Source of the DNA: a virus
Lineage: Duplodnaviria; Caudoviricetes
IMG/VR virus record: IMGVR_UViG_3300005805_003857
Coordinates: 1-64,000 of that record
DNA length: 64,000 nucleotides
Reading direction: 5' to 3' (one strand)
The notes below the pieces were generated by a model, which did not search any database, was not told the origin of the DNA, and saw nothing but the letters and a program-made list of their open reading frames with translations. Both the position numbers and the translations under genes were made by a program. The stretch's first letter is position 1, and each line of letters opens with the position of its first letter. Positions 9,627-17,342 of the stretch are shown piece after piece.

Positions 9627-10259
9627 AGTATTTATCGCAAAATATACGAGCAAAATTTTGGACCTATCCCTAAGGAACCAAATGGACGAACATATGAAAT
9701 TCATCACATAGATGGAAATCATAATAACAATGACCCAACTAACCTCAGTGCAATGACTATACAGGAGCACTATGATATTCATTACTCACAGGGTGATTGG
9801 GGTGCATGTTTCAAAATGGCAAAACGCATGGAAATGGCACCTGAGGTGAAATCAAGGTTAGCTAGCTTGGCATCAAAAAAGAGATTGACAGAAGGTACGC
9901 ACAATTTTCAGGGTGAAAACTTTCATACTAAACACAGTAGTATTAATCAACGAAATAGAGTTTTGTCGGGTAAGCATAATTTTTTAGGAAGTGGCCTACA
10001 AAAATCTAGGGTAGATAACGGAACACATCCTTTTTTAAAACAAAACAGAACAAAATATGATTGGTGTAGTAATCAACGATCTGCATTTGGAATTACACCT
10101 GAGAAAGCTAGAAAGATTCAACAAGACTTAATTCAAGCAGGTACACATACTGGAACAAAGCAATTTGCACAGATACATTCTTGTCCACATTGCGGGAAAG
10201 AAGGAAAGGGTTTGATTATGTTTAGATTCCACTTTGATAATTGTAAATTAATAAAATAA
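9624..10259 (+). CDS. HNH homing endonuclease
   Basis: YEIHHIDGNHNNNDPTNL...EHYDIH HNH core; HNF repeats; C-terminal CPHC...HFDNCK. Confidence 0.85.
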   Translation: MSIYRKIYEQNFGPIPKEPNGRTYEIHHIDGNHNNNDPTNLSAMTIQEHYDIHYSQGDWGACFKMAKRMEMAPEVKSRLASLASKKRLTEGTHNFQGENFHTKHSSINQRNRVLSGKHNFLGSGLQKSRVDNGTHPFLKQNRTKYDWCSNQRSAFGITPEKARKIQQDLIQAGTHTGTKQFAQIHSCPHCGKEGKGLIMFRFHFDNCKLIK

Positions 10260-10289
10260 AACATACACAACACGGGATTAAATAACATC

Positions 10290-13200
10290 ATGTTAATGAG
10301 AGATGTATTTTATTACGGTAAAAAACCGAATGCCCACCCAAGAGAGCAACACGCAATTGATTTAGCTAATGCTAGACAACAATCTACCACAGAACATTTT
10401 TGGATAATCAACGAACTATGTGATTATCGAAATTTTGACTGGGACTTTGATTTTGATTTCTTACCCGATGAAGATGTATGGGCACAAGAACATAACAATG
10501 TATGGCCTAGTCAGCATCAAAAAGATAGCGGCACTTGGTTATGTAACACAGATAATACACACGCATTAACAATCTACCGTAATGATGTAGAACCGGTGAT
10601 TCGCCGTAGAGAAAAATCAGACGCTTGGATATTAGTTGACTTGATTGATGAAACTAAGTTTGATTTATCATGGCATCCAGACCCAACGGATCCTCCATTC
10701 ATTTACAAATGGGGTAGTAAGTTTATACCAGCACAAGTTCAAGCCTGTTTAGAATATCATACTCCTAAGGCTACTCAAGTGAAGTACATGGATCAGAATA
10801 TTGAACTATTACCTAACATTGAATGCTGGAAAGAATATTATTCAATTGATAAAACTACATTTGATTTGTCATGGCGCCCCGACCCAACAAGTCCACCTTA
10901 TATCTATGTATGGGGTAATAAATTTGTATTCGGAGAAGTAGCACCCACTCTTGAATACACTGTACCAGGCGCAACACAACGAAAGTACATGCCAGATTTA
11001 TTGACATTATTACCCACTACAGAACATTGGGTTACACATGAAGATGTTATTGATTTTGACTATTGTTGGATTCCTAATCCAAGAGATCCGGCATACATTT
11101 ATGTGTGGGGTAACAAGTGGATTCCCGGAGAATTAAAATCAACAATTGAATACCACGTAGATGGTGCTACTGAGTACAAGTATATGGACAATGTTGAAGT
11201 TAAGCCCGAATGGGACAGATGGAATATAGTTATTCCTGTCGATAAAACTACATTTGATTTTACATGGAGACCAGATCCAACTAGCCCTCCATACATATAC
11301 GTATGGGGTAATAAATTTCACCCAGCCGAAGAAAAACCCACAGTTGAATATCATGTGCCTAGTGCTACTGAATACAAGTACATGGGTATTGTTGATTTAG
11401 CACCTGAATGGGACAGATGGAATATAATAATCCCTATTGACATGAATAGTTTTGATTTTAGGTGGAGACCTGATCCCAATCTATATGAACCCCCTATGAT
11501 ATATGTCTTTGGCAACAAGTGGAATGATAGCGCAACTGAGCCAACAATAGAGTATGTTGTGCCTGGTGCCACTGTTAAAAAATATATGGACTATCCTCTT
11601 GCTATACCTAAGATTGATATATCATTGTGGACAGTAAGCAACAAAGAAGATTTAAACACTTTTGATTTTACATGGAGACCCAATCCACATAGTCCGCCTC
11701 AAATATATCAATGGGCTGATAACGGTCCTCGCTATACTATGCCTGATGCGACCGAAGTTGTGTTTATGGAACGCATAATAGAAACCCGTAACGCAGTAGT
11801 CAACCGTTATAAAATTAAAACAACACTTGAAGATTTGATACTAGAACACCCAGAAGAAGTGTTCTGGGCTATTAACCCTGACTTAAGTTACAGTAGGTTT
11901 GATTTCAACTGGAGACCTAACGAAGAAAACTTCAGACACATAAACGTATTTGGTAACGAATATAGTAAGAACACACAAACTTATTATGTTAACGCACCAT
12001 TGTACATGATGGGTCATCGTGAGTTTAACTATGTTGAGGATCAGAAAGTTGAAGTTGATAGTAACTTGAGCATGTTCTTTGTTGACAAGAGCAACATAGA
12101 AAGCAAATATCGATTTGAAGAATTACAAAAACGTTATCCCAAAATTCAAAAGACACGTTACTTGAATAGTTGGGTTGACACTATTAATCGTTGTATCAAT
12201 AAATCTGAAACAGAATTATGCTGGATATTGAACAGTGAACTAGATTACACCGGTTTCACATTTGATTACTATCCTAGCCCATGGCAACAAAAAATGGTAC
12301 ACGTGTTTGGCACACAATGGAGTCACTGGGGAACTACATTCATGGTTAACAAAGAATCATTTCCCGAAGATACAAAGTATGTAAAAATTATAGAACACTT
12401 GAATAACCTCAATTTTGTTAAAACAAAAAGGGCATTTGCAAGCAATTGTATATATGATGTGTACTTGATTGACTACGGCAACGACAATACAGCTAACATT
12501 ACTTCATTAATTGAAAACAAAACAAAGAAGAATGTCTACACCATTGAGTATGCTGGAGATTATTTGTCTACATTGAAAAATATGTTGTATGAGTTAGGTA
12601 TCAAAAAGGATCACTATATTTGGGTTTGTAGTTCAATATGTGATTATACACGATTTGACTTCACATACATTTGTGATCCCTTCTCATTGGAACAGTTACA
12701 TGTATTCCCTAGTGATAAACAAAAATACGGGGACACATTCTTTATAAATGTAAACCGATTACGTACATTGGTTGAAGATTTAGATACGCTAGAGAATATT
12801 GATAAGATTAACTTCAATCAACATCAGCAAGTAAAACGTTTACCTGCTCCTAGCTTTATAACTGAAGGTGACACGCATGTCTCTGTTACTAATACTGATT
12901 TTGATTGGCCTTATGCTACATTCATTACAGCAGACAATAAAGAAATAAAAGTTGTTGACAATGAACCAATTAGCTTATGGTCAAAAGAATCTAAGAACAT
13001 ACTAATTACTAGTACAGGTGGAACACATATTGTTGTTCCCAAAGAAGCCAAAGAGTATGTCAACAATGAATTGTATGATTACCCATACATTGCTAAATCT
13101 AATAAATTAGCAACATCCCAGCCACTAGATATAGTCTTCCTAAGCAACGGTGAAACTGGAGCTGATGAGAATTATGAACACTTACTGAAAGTGACTAAGG

Positions 13201-13793
13201 GATTACCTAATAGAGTTGTTAGAGTTGATGGTGTCAATGGTCGTGTAGCAGCCTATCATGCCGCAGCAGAAGCAAGTAACACCCCTTGGATGTTTACTGT
13301 ATTTGCCAAGTTAAAAGTCAATCAGAAATTTGATTTCTCATGGCAACCAGATAGATTACAAGTTCCTAAGCATTACATTTTCTACGCAAGTAACCCAGTC
13401 AATGGTTTAGTATATGGTCACCAAGCTATGATTGCGTACAACAAACAGATTACATTAAATAATATGGGTAAAGGATTAGACTTTACATTGGATAGTGAAC
13501 ACGAAGTTGTTGAATTAAATAGTGGTGTAGCAAGATACAACACTGACGAATTTAGCACATGGCGCACTAGCTTTCGTGAAGTAATTAAATTGAAGCTAGA
13601 TGATAGCCCGGTAAGCAGAGACAGGCTGAAAACATGGTCAACAGTGGGTGTAGGTGACTTTGCCCAATATAGCATTCAAGGTGCCAAAGATGCTGTAGAA
13701 TACTATGACGAAGTTAGCGGTGACATTGATAAACTTAAATTAAGTTACGAATGGGCATGGCTTCAATCAAAATTTAATATCTTGACTAAATAA
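10290..13793 (+). CDS. 1167-aa repeat protein with C-terminal glycosyltransferase-like domain
   Basis: Tandem FDFxWRPDPxxPxYIYVWG units; C-terminal DIVFLSNGE...VDGVNG...HAAA...NPVNGLVYG...WRTSFRE resembles phage GT-A-like proteins. Confidence 0.6.
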   Translation: MLMRDVFYYGKKPNAHPREQHAIDLANARQQSTTEHFWIINELCDYRNFDWDFDFDFLPDEDVWAQEHNNVWPSQHQKDSGTWLCNTDNTHALTIYRNDVEPVIRRREKSDAWILVDLIDETKFDLSWHPDPTDPPFIYKWGSKFIPAQVQACLEYHTPKATQVKYMDQNIELLPNIECWKEYYSIDKTTFDLSWRPDPTSPPYIYVWGNKFVFGEVAPTLEYTVPGATQRKYMPDLLTLLPTTEHWVTHEDVIDFDYCWIPNPRDPAYIYVWGNKWIPGELKSTIEYHVDGATEYKYMDNVEVKPEWDRWNIVIPVDKTTFDFTWRPDPTSPPYIYVWGNKFHPAEEKPTVEYHVPSATEYKYMGIVDLAPEWDRWNIIIPIDMNSFDFRWRPDPNLYEPPMIYVFGNKWNDSATEPTIEYVVPGATVKKYMDYPLAIPKIDISLWTVSNKEDLNTFDFTWRPNPHSPPQIYQWADNGPRYTMPDATEVVFMERIIETRNAVVNRYKIKTTLEDLILEHPEEVFWAINPDLSYSRFDFNWRPNEENFRHINVFGNEYSKNTQTYYVNAPLYMMGHREFNYVEDQKVEVDSNLSMFFVDKSNIESKYRFEELQKRYPKIQKTRYLNSWVDTINRCINKSETELCWILNSELDYTGFTFDYYPSPWQQKMVHVFGTQWSHWGTTFMVNKESFPEDTKYVKIIEHLNNLNFVKTKRAFASNCIYDVYLIDYGNDNTANITSLIENKTKKNVYTIEYAGDYLSTLKNMLYELGIKKDHYIWVCSSICDYTRFDFTYICDPFSLEQLHVFPSDKQKYGDTFFINVNRLRTLVEDLDTLENIDKINFNQHQQVKRLPAPSFITEGDTHVSVTNTDFDWPYATFITADNKEIKVVDNEPISLWSKESKNILITSTGGTHIVVPKEAKEYVNNELYDYPYIAKSNKLATSQPLDIVFLSNGETGADENYEHLLKVTKGLPNRVVRVDGVNGRVAAYHAAAEASNTPWMFTVFAKLKVNQKFDFSWQPDRLQVPKHYIFYASNPVNGLVYGHQAMIAYNKQITLNNMGKGLDFTLDSEHEVVELNSGVARYNTDEFSTWRTSFREVIKLKLDDSPVSRDRLKTWSTVGVGDFAQYSIQGAKDAVEYYDEVSGDIDKLKLSYEWAWLQSKFNILTK
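10620..11760 (+). repeat. Five full and one partial ~62-66 aa tandem repeats within the 1167-aa protein
   Basis: W..IDKTTFDFxWRPDPTSPPYIYVWGNK..P...PT.EY.VPGAT..KYM visible repeatedly. Confidence 0.9.
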
Positions 13794-13816
13794 CTACATC
13801 TACAAAGGAGAAATGT

Positions 13817-14500
13817 ATGATCAAAAATATATTAATAGCACTAGCTATAGCTGTGACAACAGTTGGGTGTGCTACTAACAAAGACTATCAAATGTATGCC
13901 GAGACTCAACAGAAGATTGCTCACGCACAGGCTATGTCTGATACTGCAAGATATGCAGCACTGGCCGAGATTGCTAAAACCGGTGATTCCGGCGCACGTG
14001 TTGCTGCCGTTATGAGCATTAATTTCGGATCACAGTCTGGAAATAGCCCTAGGGTTCAACAAGTTAATCCTCCAAAAACGTTTGGTGACACTGCACTACA
14101 ATGGACCAGTATATTATTGCCTAGCTTGACCAACATCTACGGAATTACAGCTAATCGTCAGGTTGCTATCACACAGAGTAACAATGCAGCCGCAGTTGCA
14201 AAAAGCACTAATGATACATTTGCTACAATGAACGGCAATATGGCAACATCTAACACTGCTATTGCCAATTCAGGATTTACTGCTGTAACTGATGTAGCGA
14301 AGACCGGGATTGCACAAGTTGGAACTACTGCGGCGGCTGGATTAACTGCGGTGACTAATGTAAATGCTAACAGCAATACTGCTATTACTAATGTAGCCAA
14401 TGCGGCCAATGCCAGTATCAAAGCAGTAGCAGACATTATTCCGCAGTTACAACCAAATGTAACTACAACTACTACAACCAATAATACTGTAGCACCGTAA
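13817..14500 (+). CDS. Putative lipoprotein, Ala/Thr/Asn-rich
   Basis: Hydrophobic signal with lipobox-like TVGC; low-complexity C-terminus. Confidence 0.55.
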   Translation: MIKNILIALAIAVTTVGCATNKDYQMYAETQQKIAHAQAMSDTARYAALAEIAKTGDSGARVAAVMSINFGSQSGNSPRVQQVNPPKTFGDTALQWTSILLPSLTNIYGITANRQVAITQSNNAAAVAKSTNDTFATMNGNMATSNTAIANSGFTAVTDVAKTGIAQVGTTAAAGLTAVTNVNANSNTAITNVANAANASIKAVADIIPQLQPNVTTTTTTNNTVAP

Positions 14501-14514
14501 CATACCCGAAATAG

Positions 14515-14543
14515 TTGCAATCAACTATGTGTTATCGTATAAT
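14515..14543 (+). promoter_or_regulatory. Sigma70-type promoter of the tmRNA locus
   Basis: TTGCAA-17 nt-TATAAT; inverted repeat ATAGTTG-caat-CAACTAT (14511-14528) overlaps the -35. Confidence 0.85.
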
Positions 14544-14549
14544 TTAAGT

Positions 14550-14614
14550 TAAGACTGTATGAAGTAGACAGAAAAGGATTCAAGACCCGGGGGCAGTTCC
14601 CGGCAGGTCCACCA
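14550..14614 (+). ncRNA. ssrA: Two-piece (circularly permuted) tmRNA, acceptor piece
   Basis: GAC-CCGGG-GGCAGTT-CCCGG-CAGGTCC-ACCA is T arm + 3' acceptor strand + CCA; GACTGT and GATTCAA pair with ACAGTC and TTGGGTC of the downstream piece (P2). 5' end approximate. Confidence 0.92.
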
Positions 14615-14626
14615 TAAGGAAGTTTG

Positions 14627-14821
14627 ATGAAAATTTGTGTAAAGACAACAGCCGGTGAAGTTATTCCAATTATCTCTGCTACTAAATTTCAAGATGTGGG
14701 CATTTTAGTTCGCACTGAAAGAGAAGTCAGCCAAGGTAGTTGGATGTTTAAGTTCGTAGGCGGACCAAACGATTTTTACACAATGTTTTGTGATGAACAA
14801 GGTAAAGAAGTTTTCTTATGA
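14627..14821 (+). CDS. 64-aa protein encoded in the tmRNA intervening segment
   Basis: AAGGA SD at 14616-14620, ATG at 14627, TGA 1 nt before the mature 5' G; fills almost the whole 208-nt intervening segment. Confidence 0.65.
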   Translation: MKICVKTTAGEVIPIISATKFQDVGILVRTEREVSQGSWMFKFVGGPNDFYTMFCDEQGKEVFL

Positions 14822-14822
14822 T

Positions 14823-15070
14823 GGGCCTGACATAGATATCGATTGGGTCACAAGTATTGAAATGGACAGTCCGGCAATGTAGAAGCCGTTAGGATTGGGG
14901 GCAAAGTGTAGTCGCTATACCCATAGTATAGAAAGACGCTCTACTCGGTCGAAGACACAAAACCTTTATCTGCAAACGATGAAACATATCTATTGGCTGC
15001 AAACGCCTGATAGCGAAGTAGGTTTTACTTTGTAAAAGAAAAAACCCTTGTAGGAGCTTCGGCTCCTACT
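14823..15070 (+). ncRNA. ssrA: Two-piece tmRNA, coding piece
   Basis: GGGCCTG pairs with CAGGTCC giving G3.U70; D-loop-like ACATAGATATCGA; P2 strand; PK1-like CGGC/GCCG; U(-5)A(-4) before resume codon; tag ORF; 3' terminator. 3' end approximate. Confidence 0.92.
14972..15010 (+). other. tmRNA tag reading frame ANDETYLLAANA*
   Basis: gca aac gat gaa aca tat cta ttg gct gca aac gcc tga; resembles the canonical ANDENYALAA. Confidence 0.9.
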
Positions 15071-15075
15071 TGTTT
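15050..15075 (+). terminator. Intrinsic terminator after tmRNA
   Basis: GTAGGAGC-TTCG-GCTCCTAC followed by TTGTTT. Confidence 0.85.
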
Positions 15076-15102
15076 GACATAAATATCATACTATGTTACA
15101 AT
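15074..15102 (+). promoter_or_regulatory. Sigma70-type promoter (leaderless geometry)
   Basis: TTGACA-17-TACAAT, ATG 6 nt downstream. Confidence 0.8.
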
Positions 15103-15108
15103 AACAAT

Positions 15109-15363
15109 ATGAAAATTCAACATGCAATCGATTGGAATCAAGTTAGTATTGACTTAAGTAGTCAAATGAAAGACATTGGATACAACCCAGACTTAGTTCG
15201 AATGCATTTGAATATTGGTAAAATGGTGACTGAGTTGAGTAAACTTGAGGTAACTATGCGTAGGACCGGCAAATACTCTATGATAGACGACAAAGTTATT
15301 GCAATAAACAAAGCAATCGATCACTTTGAAAAGCTACTATTGATGGCAAATTTAATGAAGTAA
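15109..15363 (+). CDS. Hypothetical protein
   Basis: ORF; start moved to the ATG at 15109, downstream of the promoter. Confidence 0.7.
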   Translation: MKIQHAIDWNQVSIDLSSQMKDIGYNPDLVRMHLNIGKMVTELSKLEVTMRRTGKYSMIDDKVIAINKAIDHFEKLLLMANLMK

Positions 15364-15365
15364 AT

Positions 15366-15394
15366 TTGACAATAAATCACTTTGGGTATATAAT
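15366..15394 (+). promoter_or_regulatory. Early promoter, TTGACAATAAAT family
   Basis: TTGACA-17-TATAAT. Confidence 0.9.
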
Positions 15395-15426
15395 AGAATC
15401 TTAAACAGTCAACTAAAGGACTCGAA

Positions 15427-15714
15427 ATGACCAAGCAAGACTTCACAATGTATATCTACAAAACTGACAAGCGCACTAGATCAGGCGAGCGGGCTGTGAG
15501 CACTACAGTTTGGCGTAACCGTGATGAAGCCGAAATAAAGCGTGAAGTCCGAGAACTCCAATACGAACTTTACCCTGTAAGCAAAGGTTTTCGTATCGAG
15601 TTTTACCCTACTATGGTTACAGTCAAGAACCTGATGACCGGTGCAGACGTTCAAATCGACCGTGACACTCCTTGGTCTTGCAACCCTGCTAGCGAATCGT
15701 ACTGGTCAAATTAA
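15427..15714 (+). CDS. Hypothetical early protein
   Basis: ORF with AAGGA SD and own promoter. Confidence 0.8.
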   Translation: MTKQDFTMYIYKTDKRTRSGERAVSTTVWRNRDEAEIKREVRELQYELYPVSKGFRIEFYPTMVTVKNLMTGADVQIDRDTPWSCNPASESYWSN

Positions 15715-15715
15715 T

Positions 15716-15744
15716 TTGACAATAAATGGACCTTGTGCTACAAT
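15716..15744 (+). promoter_or_regulatory. Early promoter, TTGACAATAAAT family
   Basis: TTGACA-17-TACAAT with TG extended -10. Confidence 0.85.
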
Positions 15745-15776
15745 ACTTGTATTGACACTGAAACATAGGAACTAAA

Positions 15777-16076
15777 ATGACTCCCCTGACAGAACGCCAA
15801 AAAACCCTGATTGTCTCTAACGTTGTTAAAGCAGTCAAAAACATTGACAATCTGAACAAGACAGGTTACAACTTTGTCTATCAGTGTTCCGGTTTCATCG
15901 CACACTACGACCTGTACGGTTTCATTGCAAGCTATACAGGTGAATCATTGAAGCGTGACCTCATTTCGTATGCAGGTCAGAATCAATGGAACAACTTTCG
16001 CCCCGGCGAACGTGACTACGACTACATGATGGCAAAGAAGGATGTGTACAATCGCATCGTTGCCCAAATCATGTAA
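15777..16076 (+). CDS. Hypothetical early protein
   Basis: ORF with AGGA SD and own promoter. Confidence 0.8.
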   Translation: MTPLTERQKTLIVSNVVKAVKNIDNLNKTGYNFVYQCSGFIAHYDLYGFIASYTGESLKRDLISYAGQNQWNNFRPGERDYDYMMAKKDVYNRIVAQIM

Positions 16077-16083
16077 AAATAAT

Positions 16084-16112
16084 TTGACGATAAATCAAAT
16101 CTCTGTTACACT
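16084..16112 (+). promoter_or_regulatory. Early promoter (TTGACGATAAAT variant)
   Basis: TTGACG-17-TACACT. Confidence 0.75.
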
Positions 16113-16151
16113 ACAGTTTCTTTCTTAAGCCATCATTCATAGGAGCATACA

Positions 16152-17255
16152 ATGGCATCGCAACTCTCTGACAATCTGACAATCACCTCTGTTCAAGCAC
16201 GTAAGGCATTGCTTACCGCATTCAAATCTAAACGACCTGTTTTCTTGTGGGGTCCTCCCGGCATCGGTAAGAGTGAAGTTGTTGAGGAAATCACAAACGA
16301 ACTCGGCGGTCTGATGATTGACTTGCGTATGGCACAGATGGAGCCTACTGACATTCGTGGTATCCCGTTCTACAACAAAGACAAAAACTTGATGGAGTTT
16401 GCCCCTCCCGGCGACTTGCCTAACGCTGAACAATCATCACAGTACCCAATCGTTGTGTTGTTTCTTGATGAAATGAACTCGGCACCCCCAGCAGTGCAGG
16501 CTGCAGGTTATCAGTTGATTCTTAACCGTCGTATCGGTAAGTACATGTTGCCTGATAACGTTGTTATCGTTGCAGCCGGTAACCGAGATAGTGACAAGGG
16601 TGTGACTTATCGCATGCCGATGCCCCTTGCTAATCGTTTCGTTCACTTGGAAATGCGCCCTGACTTTACATCTTGGCAGAACTGGGCTGTGAACAAAGGC
16701 ATTCACAAAGACGTGGTTGGTTACTTGTCTTTTGCTAAACAAGACTTGTACGACTTTGATAGTAAGTCTGCATCACGTGCGTTTGCTACACCTCGTTCAT
16801 GGTGTTTCGTGTCTGACTTGCTGAATGATGAGGACAATACTGACACTGATACACTGTTCAACTTGGTTGCAGGTGCAGTTGGTGAAGGTCTTGCAGTTAA
16901 GTTTGCGGCACACCGCAAGATTGCAGGTAAGATGCCCGAACCTTCTGATATCTTGTCAGGTAAAGTTAAGGACCTTGCAGTCAAGGAAATTTCAGCAATG
17001 TACTCATTGACTATTTCAATGTGCTATGAATTGCGTGATGCACTTGAAAACAAGAAAGTGGATAGTAAGAAGTTCCACGAAATGGCTGACAACTTCTTTA
17101 ACTACATCATGGCAAACTTTGAGACTGAGTTGGTTGTGATGGGTGCAAAGATTGCACTTAAGACTTACAAGTTGCCGATCGAACCTTCACAGTTGAAAAA
17201 CTTTGACGAATTCCACAAGAAGTACGGTAAGTACATCGTACAAGCAGGAGAGTGA
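16152..17255 (+). CDS. MoxR-like AAA+ ATPase
   Basis: Walker A GPPGIGKS, Walker B FLDE, AAGN, NRF. Confidence 0.9.
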   Translation: MASQLSDNLTITSVQARKALLTAFKSKRPVFLWGPPGIGKSEVVEEITNELGGLMIDLRMAQMEPTDIRGIPFYNKDKNLMEFAPPGDLPNAEQSSQYPIVVLFLDEMNSAPPAVQAAGYQLILNRRIGKYMLPDNVVIVAAGNRDSDKGVTYRMPMPLANRFVHLEMRPDFTSWQNWAVNKGIHKDVVGYLSFAKQDLYDFDSKSASRAFATPRSWCFVSDLLNDEDNTDTDTLFNLVAGAVGEGLAVKFAAHRKIAGKMPEPSDILSGKVKDLAVKEISAMYSLTISMCYELRDALENKKVDSKKFHEMADNFFNYIMANFETELVVMGAKIALKTYKLPIEPSQLKNFDEFHKKYGKYIVQAGE

Positions 17256-17262
17256 TGATAAT

Positions 17263-17288
17263 GGGTGAGTATATTGCTATACTCACCC
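17263..17288 (+). terminator. Hairpin (possible terminator or processing site)
   Basis: GGGTGAGTAT-attgct-ATACTCACCC perfect 10-bp stem; weak U tract. Confidence 0.55.
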
Positions 17289-17317
17289 TTGACAATAAAG
17301 CAGAAGTGTGCTATAAT
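17289..17317 (+). promoter_or_regulatory. Early promoter, TTGACAATAAA family
   Basis: TTGACA-17-TATAAT. Confidence 0.85.
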
Positions 17318-17342
17318 AACACACAAACACTAAAGGACTAAT

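Noticed and set aside
14584-14614. Stand-alone tRNA gene
   Set aside because: Only a T arm and 3' acceptor strand are present; the partner strand lies downstream and there is no anticodon arm, so it is explained as permuted tmRNA
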